Source: Anaeramoeba ignava BMAN
Lineage: Eukaryota; Protista; Anaeramoebae
Assembly: GCA_028826165.1 (NCBI GenBank)
Contig: JAPDFW010000136.1
Coordinates: 62,001-126,000, forward strand
Reading direction: 5' to 3'
Length of the DNA stretch: 64,000 nucleotides
The translations under genes and the position numbers were made by a program. The notes beneath the pieces are model-generated. The model did not search any database and was not told where the DNA came from. It worked only from the letters and a program-made list of their open reading frames with translations. Positions 56,601 to 64,000 of the stretch are shown in pieces. Position 1 is the stretch's first letter, and the number at the start of each line of letters is the position of its first letter.

Positions 56601-58659
56601 GAAAAATTTTTTCGCCAATAATTTTTGATGGATTATTAATCAAAGTATTTTTTTTTTCAAATTAAAAATTAAAAAATTCAATTTTAAAAAATTTCAATTT
56701 CAAAAAATTTAGTCATTTTTAAACATTTCATCAAATGATTTAATTCGAGAATTTGTTTTTCCAACTCCTTTACCAAAAAATTCAACTATTAAATCAAGTG
56801 TTTTTTCTGAATATCTTATTCCTGCAGCTTTTGTTGGAAAAAAATTCCAAACTTTATTCAAAACTTTCATTTCACATAATGCAATTCCAATAGGAATTTA
56901 TAGAGGAAAGCAATCTAAAAAGGGTGATTTTTCTTATGTAGTTTTATGTCCTAAACCAGATACAATTTTATTTAGAGGAGATCGAGTTTATCTTTTATCA
57001 ACAGAATATTTTTCAGATAATCAAACATTAGCACAACATGTATTCAAATCGATTTAAATCATTTTAATTCAATTTTTAATTTAAATTAAATTTAAATTAA
57101 ATCAAATCAAATCAAATCAAATTAAATTAAATCATTTTAATTTAAATCATTTTAATTTAAATCAAATTAAATTAAATCAAATCAAATTAAATCAAATCAA
57201 ATCAAATTAAATTAAATTAAATTAAATCAAATTAAATTAAATCAAATTAAATCAAATCAAATCAAATTAAATCAAATCAAATTAAATCAAATTAAATCAA
57301 ATCAAATCAAATCAAATCAAATCAATTCAAATCAAATTAAATCAAATCATTTTAATTTAAATCATTTTAATTTAAATCAAATTAAATCAAATTAAATCAA
57401 ATTAAATCAAATCAAATTAAATTAAATTCAAATCAAATTAAATTAAATTAAATTAAATTAAATCAAATCAAATCAAATCAAATCGATTTAAATCATTTTA
57501 ATTCAATTTAAATTTCAAATCAATTTTTAATTCAACCAAATTAAATCAAATCAAATCAAATCAAATTAAATCAAATCAAATCAAATTAAATCAAATTAAA
57601 TCAAATTAAATCAAATTAAATCAAATCAAATTAAATCAAATTTAAATTAAAAATTCAAATATTCAAATCAATTCAATTCAAAATAAATCAAATCAAAATC
57701 AATTCAAATAATTCAAATTAAATCAAATCAAATCAAATCAAATTAAATTAAATCAAATCAAATCAAATTCAAATTAAATCAATCAAATCAAATAAATTAT
57801 TCAAATCAATTCAAATTAAATCAATTCAAATATTCAAATTATTTCAAATTTATTCAAATAAATCAAATCAAATTAAATCAAATCAAATCAAATTAAATCA
57901 AATTAAATCAAATCAAATCAAATTAAATTAATTTAAATTAAATTAAATTAAATCAAATTAAATTCAAATCAAATTAAATTAAATTAAATCAAATTAAATT
58001 AAATCAAATCAAATCAAATCAAATTAAATCAAATCAAATTAAATCAAATCAAATTAAATCAAATCAAATTAAATCAAATTAAATCAAATTCAAATCAAAT
58101 CAAATTAAATCAAATCAAATTAAATCAAATTCAAATCAATATTCAATAAATTTTTAATTTAAATTCAATATTCAATATTTAATATTCAATATTTAATATT
58201 CAATTTAAAAATTCAAATTCAATAAATCAAATTTATTTAAATCAATTCAATATTCAATATTTAATATTCAATTTAAATCAATTCAATATTCAATTTTTAA
58301 ATCAAATCAATTCAATTCAATTCAATATTCATTATTTAATATTCATTTTTTAATTCAATTTTTAATTCAATTTTTAATTTAATTTAATTTTTAATTTAAT
58401 TTCATTTCATTTGGTTGAATTTAAAAAGCTTTTGGGTTCGCTTCAACATAAAAAAAGTGTCTTTATGAAATCTAGCTTCGTTAAACGTAAAAAAGATGAG
58501 GAATCTCAAATGAAATTAGATGATTTATTAGAAATTGATCAAAAATCTCATAAAAATAAAAATCAAAATCAAAATCAAAAACAAAATAAAGTCCAATTCC
58601 AAGATAATTTTGATGAATTGGGAATTGACCTCGTTTCAGATCCAACTTTAGAAAAATAA
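53635..58659 (+). CDS. BK/Slo-type 6TM channel with two RCK domains, 4 exons
   Basis: S4 LRIFRVARVFRILR; pore FYFIILTLFTVGLANVEP; RCK GSALDENDLNRC, PGFSTLLANL, VQGDYT..DLRRAGI, IPIGIYR; introns 56431..56497, 56645..56712, 57040..58428. Confidence 0.85.
57040..58428 (+). repeat. Intron of AAATC/AAATT pentamers
   Basis: Direct observation. Confidence 0.85.
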
Positions 58660-58761
58660 TTTGATTGAATTGGATTGATTGAAAAAAACAGAAAGAGAAT
58701 TTCTTTTATTTTTTTTTTTATTGTTTTTGTTTTTTTGATTTTTTTTTTAAATGAAAAGATT

Positions 58762-61700
58762 TCAATCAGTAAATAAATTTTGGAATTCACATTGACATCC
58801 ACAACCAGTTGGACATTCTTTATGATTTTCAAACCATTTTCTAATATGATCTTTATGCCCACCATGTCCACATTTAGTACAAAAAATACCAAGACCTTTA
58901 ATATAACAACGACAAACAGTACAAGTTTTTGTATAATAATTCTTTTTGAAAGTGGAATGTTTTTCAGTTGAATAAAGAAAAGAAGGAGAAATCAATCGAG
59001 AATCTCGACTTGATTCAAAATGGAAATATTCAAACAAATGACGAAAAGGAAAAACAATCGTAAGGATTTCTTTCCAATAAACAAAAAGCTTCCGATAGTA
59101 TAATATTTCAGAATGGATATAAACACAATAGCATAAAAAATCAATTTTCAAATCATTCAATTTAAAAAATTGAAGAAATTGCATAATTGGGTTCAATATT
59201 TTTCGGCCAAGTTTTTTTGACTGAACACGATAGGACTCAATCGGGAGTTTGCTTAAATCCTTCTTTCTTTTTTTTGTAGAAGTATTGATTGTGTGGAATT
59301 TTGTTGATTGTAGTTTTTTTTGTCGATTTTTCCGCAAATTTTCAAGTTCGGAAAGCCTCATCAATCTGTGTTCAATAAAGAAAACAAGAATGGATGAGAA
59401 CATAAGTGACAATGTTTGCAAATCTCGATTTTCTATCAGAGATTTGAATATTTGAGAAATATGCTGGACAACCACAGGATTCGCATCCATAAACGAATAA
59501 ATTTGAGTTAAATTCTGGATCCTCAAAGATGTATTTTCTTTTTGAATTGAAATATTTGAATGAGAAACGGAAATTTCTGATTCAAGAGAATTCAGGAAAT
59601 TGTAGATCGACATCCAAGAAAGAGAATAGCACTTCAGATTTTGTAGTTCGCTTAATCGCGCAAATTTCAAGCAAATATGAGTTGATTTTGTGATTGTTTT
59701 GGAGAAAATATTCACCAATTTAAAATCAATAGGAAAAACCATTGATTGCAAATGATGAATAACAATTTGCGAAATGGGTTTTGTGAATTGTTTTGTTTTT
59801 TGCAAAATGCCATGTTCTTGTAAATTTTCATCTGAATTCTCATCCGAATTCTCATCCGAATTTTCATCCGAAGTGTCATTTTCTAAGGCTAATAAAAAAT
59901 TTTCAGGACTTGGAGAAACAACAATATTTGGAAAAGAAATTCCTCGCGAAATGTCATTCTTCGCCATTTCTTTGGTGGCAATAGGATTTGATTTCAAAAG
60001 ATATATGTTATAATCCTTGAAACTTAGTTGATTTGATTCTGTTTGATTTTGATGATTATCCGCTTTATGCTCGGAAAGAACATTTTTCAAACAAGGTAGA
60101 GTTGATAATTGTGTTCTACAAATCAATAAGGATCCATTGGGGGCAAAAGAAGCTGAAACAAATTTCGGAAAAGGAACAAAAGAATCTGACTGAATTGATT
60201 TGCGGATTAGAAGACATATTTTTTCGGAAATATCCTTCAAACAAATAAATAAACAGGGTTTTCTTAAGCCTGAAAGATGATTTGCAATATTCGAAATTTT
60301 CTCAAGTAAATTTGACTTGGTTTTTGATGAAATTGGAAAGGATTCTCGAGTAAAAGAGAAAATGGGTGGCGAAGATGGATAATTCGCTGATGTTTGAATT
60401 TGCAAAAGAACAGCATGTGTTTCAATTTGGATCTTGAAAAAATAGAAGCTGTCTTCTTTCATAATGAAATCCACTAAAGATACATTCGGCATTTTCTCAA
60501 TGTATCCCAATTCCTCATCAAGTGATATATTTTCCAAATTTATTTTTTGGTTTCCAATTTCGGAGTTTTGAGAAAGTATTTGTTTTTTGAAGTTTTCCTC
60601 CAAAATTTTGAGGTGATTTTCATCCTTTTTTTGAGCAAACTACCAAATCAAAAAGAAATCAAAAATCAATGAATATAAAAATGAATCGATATTTTTTTTT
60701 GTTTGTTTCAAATGATTACATTTAATAATTTTTTTGGAATATTCCAACAGTGAAGTTTTGAATCATCTCCCCAACCAAATAATTGGAAAATCGAAGGAGC
60801 TTGTCGATATTTTTGGAGTTGCTCTTGGAAACTTTTTGTACTTGTTTGTTTCCAAATCGGAAACTTGATTATAGCTTGATTTTTCAAAGTGAAATCCTTG
60901 ATATTTTGAGAATTAACAAAATCCCACATTTGAACTGGATTTTTTGTTTTTTCTGAAGAAACTGGGATAGTAATCATGTATTGATCCGAATTGAACAAGC
61001 AATACTGAACCTCAGAGACATTATATTCGCAATTCAATCCAAATTTTGGTTTTGATAAATTTCGAAGATCCCATTCTTTCACAATTGTTTGATTACTTGA
61101 AGAAACAAGAAACCTTTCTAAAGAATGGGGACACCAATCAAACGAGTTGATATCCGTGCGATAAGATGCAACTTCAAACGCGATTTTTGCAATTGAATTT
61201 TGTTGCTGATTTTTTCTTTGATTTTGTGTATTCGGATAATTCAAATTGAAATAGCCGAATAAATCTTTTGGATCTTGAATATATTGATTTGTCTCGAATT
61301 GCGAATTTTGGTTTGAATCTTTATGGGGAAACGATTGAGCACTGTTTGGGTTGATAAGTGCTGGCTTGCTGAACCGTATATCCCAAATAAAAACAGTTGT
61401 GGAATGAACAGACGCAAATAAATTTTCGCTGTTTTTATTGAAACGAACAATTCCAGGGAGACTTGACGAATTTAATGTTGCTGCAGACATTCCCTGCTCA
61501 ACATCGAAAATATCGATTTGGGAGTTTTTTGATGAATAAACTAATTTTTGTGGATCGAAATGATTCCATGAAAAATCAACTGTTTCTTTTTCAATTAAAA
61601 ATTTATTCATTTTTGAATTTAGATTTAAAATGTTGATTCTTTTCTTTTCCAAAATTCCTATCGTGTTCTCTGTGTTTTTATTCGGATTAAATGATATTTT

Positions 61701-61901
61701 TTGAGGTTGAATTTCATTGATTTTTTCTTTTAAAAAATCTTGAATTGAATTTAATTTAAATTTTCTTTCCAAATCAATAATATAAATATTTGAGGAACTT
61801 GCAATTGCTAAAAGGCGCGATTCATTATTAATAGAAATTGAAATGGGAGAAAATTCATATTTTTGCGAAGAAGCAAATTCTTGGATTTGTTTTTGAATCA
61901 T
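58762..61901 (-). CDS. WDR59: GATOR2/SEACAT subunit WDR59 (Sea3): WD40 + RWD + C-terminal zinc finger, 2 exons
   Basis: ASVHSTTVFIWDIR, RWD NYPSSPPIF, CTVC..CTKCGHGGHKDHIRKWF..CPTGCGCQC; intron ~60719..60640. Confidence 0.85.
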
Positions 61902-61976
61902 TTAAAAAAAAAATGAAAAAAAAAAAATTTTCATTTTTTTCATTTCATTTCAAAAAATTTTTTTCAATTTATTTTT
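61902..61976. promoter_or_regulatory. 75-bp divergent promoter WDR59/UROC1
   Basis: AAAATGAAAA then TTTTCATTTTTTTCATTTCATTTC. Confidence 0.6.
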
Positions 61977-64000
61977 ATGGAATTTCTTGGAATAGTAACA
62001 GATCCTTTACCACCAAAACCAGAAGGTAGAGATCCTAGTGTTCCTCATGCACCAAAAAGGGCTGCAAATTTAACCACCAAAGAATCGATTGTATTTTATT
62101 TAATTTTTATTTAATAATTTATTAATTTATTATTAATTTATTAATAATTTATTAATAATTTATTAATAATTTATTAATAATTTATTACTAATTTATTATT
62201 AATTTATTAATAGATGGCAGTAAAAAATGCATTAAGATATTTTCCTTCAGATATTCATTCTATTCTTGCACCAAAATTTTTAAATTGAATTTTTAAATTG
62301 AAATTTTAAATTGAAATTTTAAATTGAATTTTTGAATTGAATTTTTAAATTGGAATTTTTAAATTGAATTTTTAAATTGATTTTTTAAATTGAAATTTTG
62401 AATTGAAATTTTAAATTGAATTTTTTAGATTTATATGTATCGTTTTAGACCTAGTTATCCAATGTATGCTCGTCCTTTTAAAGAATACAAAACTAAATGT
62501 AAACAAGCAGCTGCAATGATGGTTATGATTCAAAATAATTTAGATCCTAAAGTTGCTCAATTTCCTCATGAACTTATAACATATGGAGGAAATGGAACAG
62601 TTTTTTCAGTTAAATATCAACAATTTAATTTAGAATTTATATTTAGAATTTATATTTATATTTATATTTATATTTATATTTATATTTATATTTATATTTA
62701 TATTTATATTTATATTTATTTTTGATTTAGAATTGGGCACAATATCAATTAACAATGAAATATTTATCTGAATTAACAGAAGAACAAACTTTAATGATGT
62801 ATTCAGGAAATCCAATGGGGTATTTTTGATACATTTATTTTTAATTTAATTTGATGAATTGTTTTTTAAGAAATTAATTTATTTTATTTATAAAAAAGAT
62901 TATTTCCAAGTAACAAAGAAAATCCTCGAGTTGTTATATCAAATGGAATGGTGATTCCTAATTATTCTTCTAAACAAGATTATGAGAAAATGAATGCAAT
63001 GGGAGTTACTATTTATGTATATTTTATTTTAAATATTTTATTTTAATATTTATTTTAATATTTTATTTTATTTATTTTAAATATTTTATTTTAAATATTT
63101 TATATTAGGGACAAATGACAGCAGGAAGTTGTAAGTTTTCTTTTTATTTGTTTTTAATATTTTCAATTAATTTATTTTTTAATTTAAAATTTATTCCAAA
63201 ATTAAAATAGGGGCTTATATTGGACCACAAGGAATTGGTATATAAAAAATATTTTAATTTTAAATCGAATTTTAAAATGAATTTTAATTCAAAATTCAAA
63301 AGTTCATGGAACTACATTAACATTAATGAATGCTGGAAGAAAATATTTAAATACAGATGATTTAACAGGAAAAGTATTTGTTTCATCAGGATTAGGTAAT
63401 TTAATAATTCATTTCCAAAAAAAAAAAACAATCAATTAAATCTTTATTAATCTAAAAATTTTTTTCTTTTCTTTTATTAAATGATTTTTATTGATATTTC
63501 TTTTTAAAAAGGTGGAATGTCAGGTAAATTTTTCAATTAAATTTTTAAAAAAAAAAAACTTTTCAATTTTAATTTTTCTCTCTATTTAAAATTAATAGGA
63601 GCTCAAGGAAAAGCTGTTGTAATTGCAGGAGCTATTGGAGTTATTGCTGAAGTTGATGGTAATTTTAAAAATTAAAATCGGAAAAAAAAATTTTAAAAAT
63701 TAAAATCGGAAAAAAAAAATATTAAAAATTAAAATATTGAAAATTATAGAAAAAGCATTGAATAAAAGATTCCAACAAGGATGGATTATGGAAGTTGCTA
63801 AAACTGTTGATGAAGTTTGGGAAAAAGTAAAAAAAGCAAAAGAAGAAAAAAGATCAACATCAATTGCATTTTTAGGTATTTTTTTTTATTGATTAATTAA
63901 AACTCAAAAAAAAAATTGTGAAATTATTTAAATGAAAAAAAATCAATACAAAAAAAAATAATTAGGAAATGTTGTAACACTTTGGGAAGAATTAGCAAAA
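61977..64000 (+). CDS. UROC1: Urocanate hydratase (long eukaryote-type), at least 12 exons, 3'-truncated by window
   Basis: VPHAPKR, NALRYFP, IYMYRFRP, IQNNLDPKVAQFPHELITYGGNG, GQMTAGSWAYIGPQGIVHGT, SGLGGMSGAQGKA after hand-splicing. Confidence 0.93.

Overview
Very AT-rich, gene-dense eukaryotic (protist) nuclear DNA using the standard genetic code, with GT-AG spliceosomal introns. Composition, NQ/NE low-complexity tracts and expanded BTB families resemble the anaerobic metamonad Anaeramoeba (inference, not verified). Hand-splicing gives about 22 genes: ankyrin/pseudo-receiver protein (partial), EMC8/9, TAF13, BTB-GATase-like, TALE-like homeobox, CAF1/PARN-like nuclease, UTP5/WDR43, thiolase, WDR41, Kelch-BTB, THADA, F-BAR-SH3, bromodomain-ET, CH plus tandem PH-like protein, a herpes-tegument-like deubiquitinase, SPCS2, RCC1-BTB, BTB-TLDc, a beta-helix surface protein, a BK-type channel, WDR59 and urocanate hydratase (partial). 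Most notable observations: (1) many introns are built almost wholly from tandem repeats, often with an intron-specific unit; (2) acceptors are only TAG or AAG; (3) a strand-specific TTTCATTTT initiator-like motif precedes nearly every gene, and orphan copies precede intergenic hairpins that may be unannotated ncRNAs; (4) the BK channel has a TVGLA filter; (5) a VTD-type deubiquitinase sits next to an accessory BTB cluster. Several frameshifts and mosaic duplications are probably long-read assembly errors. All protein assignments rest on recalled motifs; no searches were run.
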